This document shows positions 10,342 through 20,181 of a stretch of DNA of 64,000 bases, piece after piece. This DNA is from Nitrosomonas sp. GTDB taxonomy: Bacteria > Pseudomonadota > Gammaproteobacteria > Burkholderiales > Nitrosomonadaceae. A program made the translations under genes and the position numbers. The notes beneath the pieces are model-generated. The model had not been told where the DNA came from and did not search any database. It saw only the letters and a list, made by a program, of their open reading frames with translations. Numbering within the stretch: the first letter of the stretch is position 1; each line of letters opens with the position of its first letter. The stretch lies in assembly GCA_017994575.1 (NCBI GenBank), contig JAGOKN010000003.1, positions 1,050 to 65,049 on the forward strand, written 5' to 3'.

Positions 10342-10449
10342 ATCTGAGCCGAATCTGAAGGCAGGAAGACTAAAATGAGCACTATTTTATCGTCTAACTC
10401 ATATATGAATTGTACCGGTTAACTGTTTCGGTTAAAATCCGCTATTCCC

Positions 10450-10526
10450 AGGCGCGTAGCTCAGTTGGTTAGAGCACCACCTTGACATGGTGGGGGTCGT
10501 TGGTTCGAATCCAATCGCGCCTACCA
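10450..10526 (+). tRNA. tRNA-Val(GAC)
   Basis: AGGCGCG...CGCGCCT acceptor stem, anticodon arm CCACC-TTGACAT-GGTGG, GTTCGAAT T-loop, encoded CCA. Confidence 0.97.
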
Positions 10527-10686
10527 GTTAAGACCCGAAGCGATCAGCAGCTCCTAAATTCCTAGTCGAGCATTCGGTCATATATGATATCTTGCTACTT
10601 TCGTAAATGACCTATCAATTCCATCCTGCTTTCCAAGATTTAAATCAATAACGTAACGATAATAGGTTCATTTCTGGACGCGAAAG

Positions 10687-11079
10687 ATGCTTTTTAGAAT
10701 ATTGTTGGCTTTAATAATGATCACGATTTCTGGTTGTTCTGTTTTTATGGCTGCAAAACAGCCAGTTAAGAAAGATATCAGTTTATTCGAAGTGGGCGTG
10801 CCACGAACTATGTTGATCGCTGAATATGGTGCACCTATTCTCAGCGAATACAAAAATGAAAGAAAGATTGAAATCTTTAAATTTATCCAAGGCTATAGTA
10901 CTGGCGCTAAGGTAGGTAGGGCTTTTTTTCACGGTGCAGCCGATGTGGTGACATTAGGATTATGGGAACTGATTGGTATACCCACTGAAATAACTTTTAG
11001 TGGCGATGAATTGGCTTATTTAGTGAGATATGACGAAAACGATTTAGTTGATGAAGTCATTCCTATCAAAAAAGAGTAA
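10687..11079 (+). CDS. Hypothetical lipoprotein
   Basis: Hydrophobic N-terminus with lipobox ISGC; 130 aa; followed by a terminator. Confidence 0.75.
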   Translation: MLFRILLALIMITISGCSVFMAAKQPVKKDISLFEVGVPRTMLIAEYGAPILSEYKNERKIEIFKFIQGYSTGAKVGRAFFHGAADVVTLGLWELIGIPTEITFSGDELAYLVRYDENDLVDEVIPIKKE

Positions 11080-11113
11080 ATATCTTCGTGCAATATGCAC
11101 GAAGATATTTTTT
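11078..11113. terminator. Probable bidirectional intrinsic terminator
   Basis: 15-bp stem AAATATCTTCGTGCA/TGCACGAAGATATTT with T-tract, between convergent genes. Confidence 0.8.
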
Positions 11114-11146
11114 CATAGTTAATACGGGATTTGTTAGCTGTGGCCG

Positions 11147-12709
11147 TTAGCCTATTTTAATGAACTTAGCTACCGAAGGGACTCCGGATGCATCCCACAC
11201 GAAAAGTAGATAGAAACCTGGGGGAGCAACATTGGCTGATTCTGGAGATCTTACCGTTACAATGTTGCCGGTTTGCGGAATGGCTAGATCATAAAAACGT
11301 GTTTCATTGTTGAATGCATGTGTAGCTGCTCCGATACGCGATAGCGTCACTCTGGCAATGCTATCGGATGCTTCGATTGAGAATTCTTGGTTCCATGTGA
11401 TCATGGATGTTGGAGCGTCAATAATCTGTGGGCGAGGTGCAAATTCACCACTTCCATCCGTTTTGAATAAATAAGGCGGATAGTAAATTTCACCATTCAG
11501 CTGTTTGATTGGATTGGGCCCGCCGCCGCCAGTGAATACGCTGCCATCTGGGAGCAGCAATGACGTCGAGTGATATAACCGCGCTGTAGTTGCAACTGCT
11601 GTTATCGTCCATGTATTAGTCGCGGGATCCCAGAGTTCAGAATCATACGCGGCACCTACCATATCGTTGCCAGTCGATGAGCCACCATTCACCCAAACTT
11701 TACCATCGGCTAGCACGGTTGCGTTGCCAAACTGACGATCTTTTGACAAGCTACCTGCGGAAGTGACTATGGGTTCACCACTACCGTTAATATCAACGAC
11801 TACTGCTAAATTTTTCTGGCGGACCGAGAGAATACGACCAGGAGCAAACATGATGCTTGGCAAGTTAGTGCGACTTGGAGAAGTTCTTATGGTGTATTTT
11901 GAAAGTGTGCCAGTGCCTGTCGTGTCAAGTTTATAAAACGGTCCGTTATGGGTGAGTATGAAAATTTTACCGCGTGGATCTACCCAACCGCGCGGGTAGA
12001 ACCAAGATTGTCCCCCAAGTTCTCCATAAGCATAAGTGCTGCTTGCAGAACTCAGTGAACGCCATGTACCATTTTTTGCACGCATTTCTGGGATAGGTGA
12101 ATAAGTGGCTACGGTGGCGGGTATGGTATCCGTTCCAGCAAAAGGCTTATCGTTGCGACCGCCGAGTACGGCATGTTCACCATCAGGCATAGTCACTACC
12201 GTTGCATACCAGCGCTTATAGGCCATGCTTTGGGTTTGGCGAGTCAGTGTGTCTGTTTCAGGATCAAAGATGTTGACATGATCATTCGCATAGTTTCGTT
12301 GAGTGTTGATTATCGCATCGCCACCCACGACAAGGCCATAACCTGTTTCAGGGATATGCGCCTGGCCTGCACAGAAAATATCAGTGTAGGTAGTATTAGG
12401 TAAAATCTCATATGCATCGGGTGTTGTGCCGAGTGCAGGATCCCAAATCGCGTAATGCATTCTGGCAGTTTGTGCGCCTAATGGAGTTGTTCCATAAGAA
12501 AACACTCGTCCATCTGGCATTAGCATCATGGCGATGGGTATGATTGGCCACGCATGAAATGGGCCAAATTCTCCCTTCACATGTGCTTCCGATCCTGATG
12601 CCAAGACGGGAGCAATACTTCCGTGGAGAGTTAGAAACAAAGCTAAAGCAAACAAAAGATGCTTTAAATGCCAATTTCCTTTAATGGGAAGAAAATGTTC
12701 GAGTGTCAT
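11147..12709 (-). CDS. Secreted galactose/glyoxal oxidase-like copper-radical oxidase (AA5; Kelch propeller plus DUF1929)
   Basis: Signal-like N-terminus; DIFCAG, RWYAT, RLYHS and ATHAF ligand motifs; C-terminal APPGFYLLF. Confidence 0.88.
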   Translation of the reverse strand: MTLEHFLPIKGNWHLKHLLFALALFLTLHGSIAPVLASGSEAHVKGEFGPFHAWPIIPIAMMLMPDGRVFSYGTTPLGAQTARMHYAIWDPALGTTPDAYEILPNTTYTDIFCAGQAHIPETGYGLVVGGDAIINTQRNYANDHVNIFDPETDTLTRQTQSMAYKRWYATVVTMPDGEHAVLGGRNDKPFAGTDTIPATVATYSPIPEMRAKNGTWRSLSSASSTYAYGELGGQSWFYPRGWVDPRGKIFILTHNGPFYKLDTTGTGTLSKYTIRTSPSRTNLPSIMFAPGRILSVRQKNLAVVVDINGSGEPIVTSAGSLSKDRQFGNATVLADGKVWVNGGSSTGNDMVGAAYDSELWDPATNTWTITAVATTARLYHSTSLLLPDGSVFTGGGGPNPIKQLNGEIYYPPYLFKTDGSGEFAPRPQIIDAPTSMITWNQEFSIEASDSIARVTLSRIGAATHAFNNETRFYDLAIPQTGNIVTVRSPESANVAPPGFYLLFVWDASGVPSVAKFIKIG

Positions 12710-13177
12710 ATTTATAGCTCCTGATATCGAATATAAAAAATGAGAAAATCAATTTATTTATATTCATGAAAGCAGTTAATATTCTATCTTTACAGGAGCG
12801 TGGTAGCGTGCTGATGCCTGATAGAAAAGAATATTAATTGACTGCCAAATTACAATATTGTTTTAAAGATCCAGTCTTAATTAATTTTCATTAAGATAAT
12901 GCTTTCTTTCTTAATAAGCAGTGAGGATTATCACAAACCCCTCTCTGTAAATAGTAGTATAGGCTTAAGTTGTAAAATTGATATGGGTCAAACCTACTTA
13001 TTTTATAAGCAAAATATCCTATACATATAGACTAGAAAGTAGGACATTAGTATTCTTTTTTCATAGGATGATGAAGTAGAGTGCGTGAGAAGCTGGTGCG
13101 GGATTGCTGCCAGCAAAGCCTGAGAGGGGAGTAATGGTCTGTGTTTGGTAATTCAACTTTACGTGCTATGGTTGTAT

Positions 13178-13502
13178 TCAGTCATCAATCAGTAGATGGC
13201 CAAAAAAAGCAAATACACCAATGGCAATTCCCGTTATAAATTGCGCGTGAACTACGTGAGAAAATTTCTTGAGTTCGTTTGGTGAGTAGCGCCATGTGAG
13301 AAACAAACCGAAAAGACCTTGCCAAATCACGAGTGCCAATAAAGCGGGAAAGAAAAGAATATGGTTGTGGCGGGGAAATCCCATCATTGAAATATGTGTT
13401 CGATTCATCCAGGTTAACAGTCGATTTAAATGGGATGAATCAATGGGTGAGGTGTAGTCTGGGAGTAAGCGCTGCGCTAATTTTCCTTGTCCTAGTGCCA
13501 GC
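13178..13502 (-). pseudogene. 3' half of a membrane protein gene split by IS21
   Basis: Reads in frame with the 16245..16035 half when the IS and one target-duplication copy are removed. Confidence 0.8.
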
Positions 13503-13542
13503 TGTCAATCGGCATTGAAAATTTTCCACCTTGTTTAGTTAG

Positions 13543-14292
13543 TTAGTCGGTCTCTATGCATTTTTTTCGATGCTTGAAACGGTAAGAATCATTGCCGGTT
13601 TCCAGGATGTCGCAATGATGCGTAATGCGGTCTAGCAGTGCTAGTGGTCATTTTCGCATCGTCAAAAAAACCTGCACCCACTCACTGAATTTCAGGTTGG
13701 TGGTTACAATGAGTGAAGTACGTTCATACAGTTGGCTGATCAAGTGAAACAGCAGTGCGCCACCTGATTCCGGGAAAGGCAGATAGCTCAGTTCATCGAG
13801 GATGACTGCATCCACCTGAATGAGTCTTCTAGCCAGATTTCCGGTTTTATTCAACTGTTTTTCCTGCTCCAGCAAGTTGACCAAATCTACGGCATTGAAG
13901 AATCGAATGCGTTTACCGTGATGAATAGCGGCAACGCCCAAAGCAGTGGCCAAATGGGTTTTGCCGGTACCGGTGCCGCCAACGAGGATGAGGTTGTGCG
14001 CATCATCCATAAAAGCAGCTGTTGAAAGCTGTTCTATTTGTTGGCGTGCGAGCGGTGTTTCATCCCAGTCGAATTTCACCAGATCGCGGTGAATCGGAAA
14101 CTTTGCGGCCGTCATCTGGTATTTCAGGCTGCGCAGCTGGCGTTCGGCTATTTCGGCGTTGATCAGCTGGCATAATGCAGCTTGCGGCGATATTTGCTTG
14201 CGTTGCGGCATTTCGGCGCTTAACTCGAGCCAGGCTTCTGCCATACCATAGAGATGCAATGCTTTGAGTTGAGTGAGCAGATCAGTGGACAT
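13543..14292 (-). pseudogene. istB: IstB AAA+ ATPase, frameshifted near the C-terminus
   Basis: GGTGTGKTH Walker A and ILDELSY Walker B; DAKMTT and [22 protein letters not shown] continue in other frames. Confidence 0.88.
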
Positions 14293-15930
14293 GGCGGTTT
14301 CCCAGCAAATGATCGTAACGCTGGAAATCAGCCAACGGTTCAGTGGTCAACTGCAAGGTATCGCTGGTGTTCAGTGCCTTGGGGCGAACCGGCTCAATCA
14401 GGCGCCTAATCGCATTCTGCAGCACACTGGCATTGACGACACCAGATTCCAGTGCAAGCTCACAGGCTGTTTCGAGCGCATCAAGACCCGCTTCACGGGT
14501 CAGTAATAACAGATCAACAAAAGCGCGCTCATTTTTGTCTTGCTTGCGAAGTTTCTCTCGTACGTGACGGATTGCCTCCGGTAGTTCCCAGTTCTGGAAT
14601 GGCGCGCCGTGACGAATGGCACCGGGTTTCTTCTCCAGTAAGGGTAGATAATGCCATGGATCACAGTTCAATTGATCGCGCAGAAAGCTGCGTTGATGCG
14701 TCGCAATCGTTCTGCCTTCCGCCACAATATCAAGATGACCGGCAAATACTCTGACCGAAACCACTTGTCCAGATCATTGTGCCGGAACACTGTACTGATT
14801 CCGGTCAACACGCACCAGGCAGGTTCTGGAGACTTTCATCAGATGCTCAACATAACCGGCAAATGGTGTTACGATTTGGCGCAATAACGGTTGTTCCTGC
14901 TGAAAACATTCCGCAATGGTTTGTGCAAAATCAGGATGCTTCCTGTTTGACAGCTCGTGACAACGTTGCACCAGCCAGCGGTTTAAATCATCTAGCGTTT
15001 CAAACTTGACGCGCGGTGTAAACAACCATTCTCTGACATTGCCGACCTGATTCTCAATCTGCCCTTTCTCCCATCCGGCTGCCGGTGTGCAGGCAACGGG
15101 TTCAAACAGATAATGGCTAGCCAGCGCCATAAACCGTCGGTTGAACTTTCTTTCCTTGCCGGTCAAAACTGTATCGACAATCGTCTTGGGGTTGTCATAA
15201 ACCATCTGCAACGGTACGCCACCAAAAAACCAAAATGCACGATCATGCGCATCCATCAGCATCTCCTGCGCCTCTCTGAGATAGGCGACGGCAAACATTT
15301 TGCGGCTGTAACACAAACAAAAATGCGCCACTTTGACGATTTGCTCCAGCCCATCCAGCTCAACAACTTCCTGACTCCAGTCAAATTGACAAACTTCGCC
15401 GGGTCTAAACGCCAAAGGAACAAACGTCTGCTGAGGTGTCTGCATATCCTTGTTCTCTGCTTTCCACTGCTTTACAAAACACCGAACACTATCATAAGCG
15501 CCTGCGTAGCCTTCAGTGATCAAACCTTCATATAATCGCATTGCTGTTCGGCGCTGCTTTTTCGGCAGCAATGCTTCTGTTTCCAGCCATTTAGTCAATA
15601 ACACCTTAAAATAAATTTGCTTCGCGCGCCCTGCACCTATCCCCGCGGCAAGACCGCGGGGATAGGTGCAGAAAACCAAAAACGGCGCGCTACGCTGACT
15701 TCAAGAACACAAACTATAATGCTCCTCGTGGCAAGACCACGGGGAATCGCAAGTTCACCCAACTTCGGCGCACATTGCGTTTGACGCCGATATTCCGGTT
15801 CAGCTTCCGTCTTTAAATGTTTCCTGACTGTAGGACGGGACAGCCCCAATGAACGGGCAATTGAACTGATATTCTCATTACAGACAAAATGTCACCTTCT
15901 GATTTCGGCAATTATATCCATCTCTATCAC
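14282..15930 (-). pseudogene. istA: IstA transposase with two nonsense codons and a 143-bp insertion
   Basis: QFDWS, YDNPKT, GWEKGQIE and NQYSVP motifs; TGA at 15892-15894 and 14774-14776; insertion at 15611..15753. Confidence 0.88.
15611..15753. mobile_element. 143-bp palindrome-bearing insertion (PATE/REP-like) inside istA
   Basis: Removing it restores PKLGE-FKVLLTKW; contains two related hairpins with CAAGA loops; no TIR or target duplication. Confidence 0.7.
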
Positions 15931-16034
15931 TCCAGAGTTCTCCGGAAAAATGCCGTTAATTTAACAATTCTGGGTGGAAACTTTTCAACGCCGATTTATC
16001 CAAAATTCTGGTAAGTTTTACATGCCGATTGACA

Positions 16035-16245
16035 GCGCCAGCTTTAGCACGGTGCGAAAATATATTAAAACTAACAATCCTAAGCCAATGTTGCCAAAAC
16101 TTTCACCCATCTCGGTAAGAAAAGTTTCACGCTCTTCAGGAATGGGATATGCTGAGTAGGCATAAAAGAAATATACCAATGAAATTAGAGATATGATGAT
16201 TGTGTACAGAAGAATACTTCTGATATTTTTGAGGGATTCTTGCAT
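16035..16245 (-). pseudogene. 5' half of a membrane protein gene split by IS21
   Basis: Two hydrophobic helices; frame runs into the IS21 end at ...VLKLAL. Confidence 0.8.
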
Positions 16246-16252
16246 GACGATA

Positions 16253-16711
16253 TTAGTAGGATTGATAGCCGATGACTTTGACTACTTCCCATTTGAAAGC
16301 ATGAACATGCGCATCTTCATTGGCTAACGGCATGGATAACGCACCTTTCGATATGGGTGGCAGTTCCAGAGCAATATGATGGACTCTAGGGGTGTGTGAC
16401 ATGGCTGAATGCATATCCATATGATGGTCGTGTATAGGCTCCATACTGACAACCAACTGGGTTATATGATAGTTTTTATTGCCATTGTAAATGGTGCCAC
16501 TAAAAATTCCCCAACCAAATCCAGCATCAATAGTTAGTTTTTGAATAGCTTCTTCAGGCAATTCTATCAGGCATGGTTGTTTTGAGTCAGATTGCTGAGT
16601 ACAAGGCGTGATAGAAGGAGATTCACCGGCTACTGCACTGAATGAAATAATCAGTATTGCCAATAGAGAGTGCGCAAAAACAATTCTTATTAATTTAGAA
16701 ACATTTATCAT
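16253..16711 (-). CDS. Hypothetical exported protein with a His/Met-rich loop
   Basis: Signal peptide (..FSAVA-G); HDHHMDMHSAMSH segment; stop is 7 bp upstream of the next gene. Confidence 0.7.
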   Translation of the reverse strand: MINVSKLIRIVFAHSLLAILIISFSAVAGESPSITPCTQQSDSKQPCLIELPEEAIQKLTIDAGFGWGIFSGTIYNGNKNYHITQLVVSMEPIHDHHMDMHSAMSHTPRVHHIALELPPISKGALSMPLANEDAHVHAFKWEVVKVIGYQSY

Positions 16712-16740
16712 TGAATATCCTTAGTTGTAGTAATTCAGAC

Positions 16741-17170
16741 GGCTTGTTGAAAAAGCCGGTTTTATGCCGAGACTGCTTGATGTAGTAAGAATTTTGGTAT
16801 GCGTATAAAGTAATTTAGATAATTTTGTATTTTCAATATTTTTACTCGGAGAGATAGGTATTTTTTCAAAAGCCAATAAATACTTGGCGATTGCTTGACG
16901 ATTCGCTTAATGTTTGGGGCCATTGCGGTCATCAGAGCCTGAATCGATACTTTCTGTAATCCCCGGTAACGGGCACGTCTTAGTCCGTGAAACCGTTTAG
17001 CTTCAGCGAATAATCCTTCGATCGTCCATTTGCGCACTATCATCTTGTCGAGAAAAGTCCTGATTTCTTGCCGTACACGAACCTTGTCAATTTCATGCTG
17101 ATGTGGACTTCGATAGACAAACTGGGCTCTATTTTTGGCCGATTTGGATAAGCAATCTGCTCGCCCGAAT
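16741..17170 (-). mobile_element. IS1182-family remnant (transposase C-terminus and one end)
   Basis: RKWTIEGLFAEAKRFHGLRRARYRGL motif; end-like sequence GGCTTGTTGAAAAAGCC at 16741; left boundary approximate. Confidence 0.72.
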
Positions 17171-17336
17171 CACTGGCGACAGCATAAAACTGTTCGACTG
17201 TTGGAAGACGAGAAACAGGGGGAACCTCAAAAAGTACTGCTCATGAGAAAAAGGAAGCGTCATGAATCTTGCATCAGAAGTGTAATTTCTGACTTGTTTT
17301 GCGATAATGCGACAATCATAACTTCACAAAATGAAC

Positions 17337-18023
17337 TTACGATTTTTGGTTTAAATTGTGCTTTTGCACATAAGTCCATAATTCCAATTTACTGTTGACA
17401 TCCAGTTTTTCGTAAATAGATGTCAGATGGTTACGTAAAGTACTCTCACTGATACTAAGTTTTGATGCGATCACTTTGGCAGGTTCACCTGCATTATCAA
17501 TCATTGTGAAAAATATCTTTTTCTCTCTTGGGGTTAGTTTATGGATCCCATCCTTTTCCTGAGAATTATTCTTTTCACTGCTTTGTTGGGATAGTCCGTT
17601 GATCAATCTTTTAATGGAGGCTTGGTTTAACCATAATTCGCCTTCGTATACTTTCTCAATCGCTTTGAGGATTGTTTCCAAAGGAGCTTCTTTTTCGATA
17701 ATACCTTTAGCCCCGGCTAGTATGGCTTTGTCGTATATTTTAGAATCTTGTGACCATTTCAGAATAAGTACATTGGCTTTAGACAATACGATTAATTGCA
17801 AGATAATCTCTAATTCTTTCTCAGAATTAAGGTTCATGCCAAGTAGAATGACATCTGGCGATAGTTTCTCAAGTACCGGGAGGATGTTGGAACAGTTGGG
17901 AAAATTTCCAATCACTTCCATTCTTGGTTTTTGCTTATTAATCAGCATTTCTAGGCCGTAGTGGACGATGCTATAGTGCCCGATGAGTAGTATCTGGATG
18001 GGCTTTTTTAATTTATCAGTCAT
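17337..18023 (-). CDS. NarL/LuxR-family response regulator with an atypical receiver domain
   Basis: C-terminal LTPREK...IASKLSISESTLRNHLTSIYEKL HTH; receiver lacks the acidic residues. Confidence 0.85.
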   Translation of the reverse strand: MTDKLKKPIQILLIGHYSIVHYGLEMLINKQKPRMEVIGNFPNCSNILPVLEKLSPDVILLGMNLNSEKELEIILQLIVLSKANVLILKWSQDSKIYDKAILAGAKGIIEKEAPLETILKAIEKVYEGELWLNQASIKRLINGLSQQSSEKNNSQEKDGIHKLTPREKKIFFTMIDNAGEPAKVIASKLSISESTLRNHLTSIYEKLDVNSKLELWTYVQKHNLNQKS

Positions 18024-18312
18024 GATTTGTATTGAGAGCAGTTCATACTGAGAATATTACGGTACTGCTGCAATATTAATATCATTGAGTATGAATACTT
18101 TAATATGTTTTTTTAATGGTTTTTGGTAAGTTCAGTATTAAAATCACTACTGTAGAAAAAGAATCTGCAATTTTTTTCGATTATAAAATTCGCTTGAAGA
18201 TCAATCGAATAAACTCTGGATAGGCATGAATTTATATCTCCCTGTTTTTGGATGGAGCTTCATATGTTTATCATGGAGATGAATCTTATTTTTTCAATCA
18301 CAATTTTTCTAA

Positions 18313-18455
18313 GGAAGCGCTGATTAATTCAACGAACGTGATGAAGAGCGAGGTGCACGGAACGCAACAACCGAGACATATCAATCTGACAGGCGAGGGA
18401 GTGAGTGTCGCGCAACGAAGCAATTCGCTCGTGCAGTCAATTAATCAGCGCTTCC
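18313..18455. mobile_element. 143-bp MITE family A, copy 2
   Basis: Same TIRs as 2506..2648; CTAA direct repeat at 18309-18312 and 18456-18459. Confidence 0.9.
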
Positions 18456-18546
18456 CTAAAACAATAACGAGGAAAACCGACTATGTCTAGTTTTTCAGAT
18501 TAGGATTCAACCCAACAAAGGCACCAAACGCGACATAGATTCACGT

Positions 18547-18652
18547 TGACATAATGGAATGGATGCCCACTATCCTAAACGGCATCGAAGTGCCAAAGTA
18601 GTGGTGCAATAAAGCCCACCAAATAGAGAGGAGCATCCATTCCATTATGTCA
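18547..18652. repeat. Perfect 20-bp inverted repeat with a 66-bp spacer
   Basis: TGACATAATGGAATGGATGC (18547-18566) / GCATCCATTCCATTATGTCA (18633-18652). Confidence 0.85.
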
Positions 18653-18777
18653 TACTGACTACATCAATCTTTTGAATTTCCAATGTAGTGCTAACTGTTC
18701 TCTCTAATATTCAAGGCAATATATCAAAATTTTTGGAAACCAGATAGATGTTATTTGTCCCATAATTCATACTATTA

Positions 18778-18887
18778 GAGATCTCTACATAACTGTGTTT
18801 TTGAGTTTTTCTGTTCATTTCCATCATAATTAAATCAAATGCTTACAGAGCTCACACATTCGATAAGGTCAGTTATGCAAAGGTCTC
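18778..18887. mobile_element. 110-bp MITE family B, copy 1
   Basis: Imperfect TIR GAGATCTCTACATAACT/AGTTATGCAAAGGTCTC, flanked by TATTA direct repeats; inverted copy at 53192..53301. Confidence 0.85.
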
Positions 18888-19051
18888 TATTATGTGATTT
18901 TTCAGGGAAACTTGTCCCGACTCTGTGGATGATTTAACTAGGGAAACACTGATCTATTCGATCACATCGACCTGAACTTGACTTACTGAAGTGGCCCCCA
19001 AAAACTGTACAAGCAGTTAAGCTCTGACATTGTGCTAGAAGGAGCAATGAG

Positions 19052-19333
19052 ATGAGTAAGAAACGCGAGCAATATTCAAGTGAATTCAAAGCAGAAGTAG
19101 CGTTGGCTGCGATACGTGGAGAGGAAACGGTACCGGAGTTGGCAGCGCGTCACGGTTTACATCCAACGCAAATCAACAGCTGGAAGCGACAATTAATTGA
19201 ACAAGCAGCGGAAGTATTTTCCAAAGATCAAAGTGCTGGAAAGGCAGAAACAAGCACTAAGGATGATTTGCATCGCGTGATCGGGCAATTGACGGTAGAA
19301 CGCGATTTTTTGGTGAGAGCGCTCAATCATTAA
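19052..19333 (+). CDS. IS3 transposase OrfA
   Basis: YSSEFKAEVAL...ELAARHGLHPTQINSWK HTH. Confidence 0.9.
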   Translation: MSKKREQYSSEFKAEVALAAIRGEETVPELAARHGLHPTQINSWKRQLIEQAAEVFSKDQSAGKAETSTKDDLHRVIGQLTVERDFLVRALNH

Positions 19334-19353
19334 GTCTTGCGCAGCGCAAGAAG

Positions 19354-20181
19354 ATGATTGAGTCTAATGAGAAGCTGAGCCAAACTCGCCAGTGTCAGCT
19401 ACTGAGTTTAGCGCGCTCTACCTTTTATTATCAGCCACAGTCCCTCGATAATGAGAAACTGACTTTATTGCGGAAATTGGATGAGCAATACCTGAAAACG
19501 CCCCAATACGGCGCACGCAGCTATGCCACCTGGTTTGTACGTCAAGGTATTAGTATCGGGCGCAAGAGGACTGCAAACATGATGAAGATTCTGGGGATTG
19601 TCAGCACAGCACCCAAGTCCAAAACCAGCAATCCTGACAAGCGACACAAGACCTATCCGTATCTGCTCAAGGGCGTTGTTATCAACCGATCCAATCAAGT
19701 GTGGACGGCAGATATCACGTATGTGCCGATGGAGAAAGGTTTTGGTTATCTCGTTGCCATCATGGATTGGCACTCTCGCAAAGTGCTGAGCTGGCGTTTA
19801 TCCAACACACTGGATGCCGATTTTTGTATCCAAGCTCTGGAAGCTGCTATCCAGGACTACGGTTGCCCGGAGATATTCAACACCGATCAAGGCGCTCAAT
19901 TTACCGCAGAAGCATGGATTTGTATCCTGAAAAACCACGGCATTCAGATCAGTACGGATGGCAAAGGCCGCTATCATGATAACATTTTTATCGAACGACT
20001 ATGGCGTACAGTTAAGTATGAGCTCTTATACACCAGAGCATTCAGTAACTTGAAGGAGGTAAGGCAAAACCTGACTCAGTGGTTTGATTGGTATAATCAG
20101 GAGCGTTTTCATCAGAATCTTGATAACCAAACACCGAATGAAGTTTATTGGCAATACACAACAATTCATCAGGCCGCCTGA
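19354..20181 (+). CDS. IS3 transposase OrfB (probably fused to OrfA by a -1 frameshift)
   Basis: WTADITY, FNTDQGAQFT and DNIFIERLWRTVKYE DDE motifs; GATTTTTTG run at the end of orfA. Confidence 0.9.
   Translation: MIESNEKLSQTRQCQLLSLARSTFYYQPQSLDNEKLTLLRKLDEQYLKTPQYGARSYATWFVRQGISIGRKRTANMMKILGIVSTAPKSKTSNPDKRHKTYPYLLKGVVINRSNQVWTADITYVPMEKGFGYLVAIMDWHSRKVLSWRLSNTLDADFCIQALEAAIQDYGCPEIFNTDQGAQFTAEAWICILKNHGIQISTDGKGRYHDNIFIERLWRTVKYELLYTRAFSNLKEVRQNLTQWFDWYNQERFHQNLDNQTPNEVYWQYTTIHQAA

Larger units (their letters stand above)
13503..16034 (-). mobile_element. Degenerate IS21-family element
   Basis: Ends TGTCAATCGGCAT (13503) and ATGCCGATTGACA (16034); 8-bp target duplication GTGCCAGC/GCGCCAGC; istA and istB remnants. 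Confidence 0.92.

Noticed and set aside
17135-17398. 87-aa plus-strand ORF
   Set aside because: Overlaps the IS1182 remnant and the regulator 3' end on the opposite strand; no recognisable motif.
18547-18652. The 20-bp IR as a retron a1/a2 repeat or integron attC site
   Set aside because: No reverse transcriptase or integron integrase in the window, and no RYYYAAC/GTTRRRY core arrangement.
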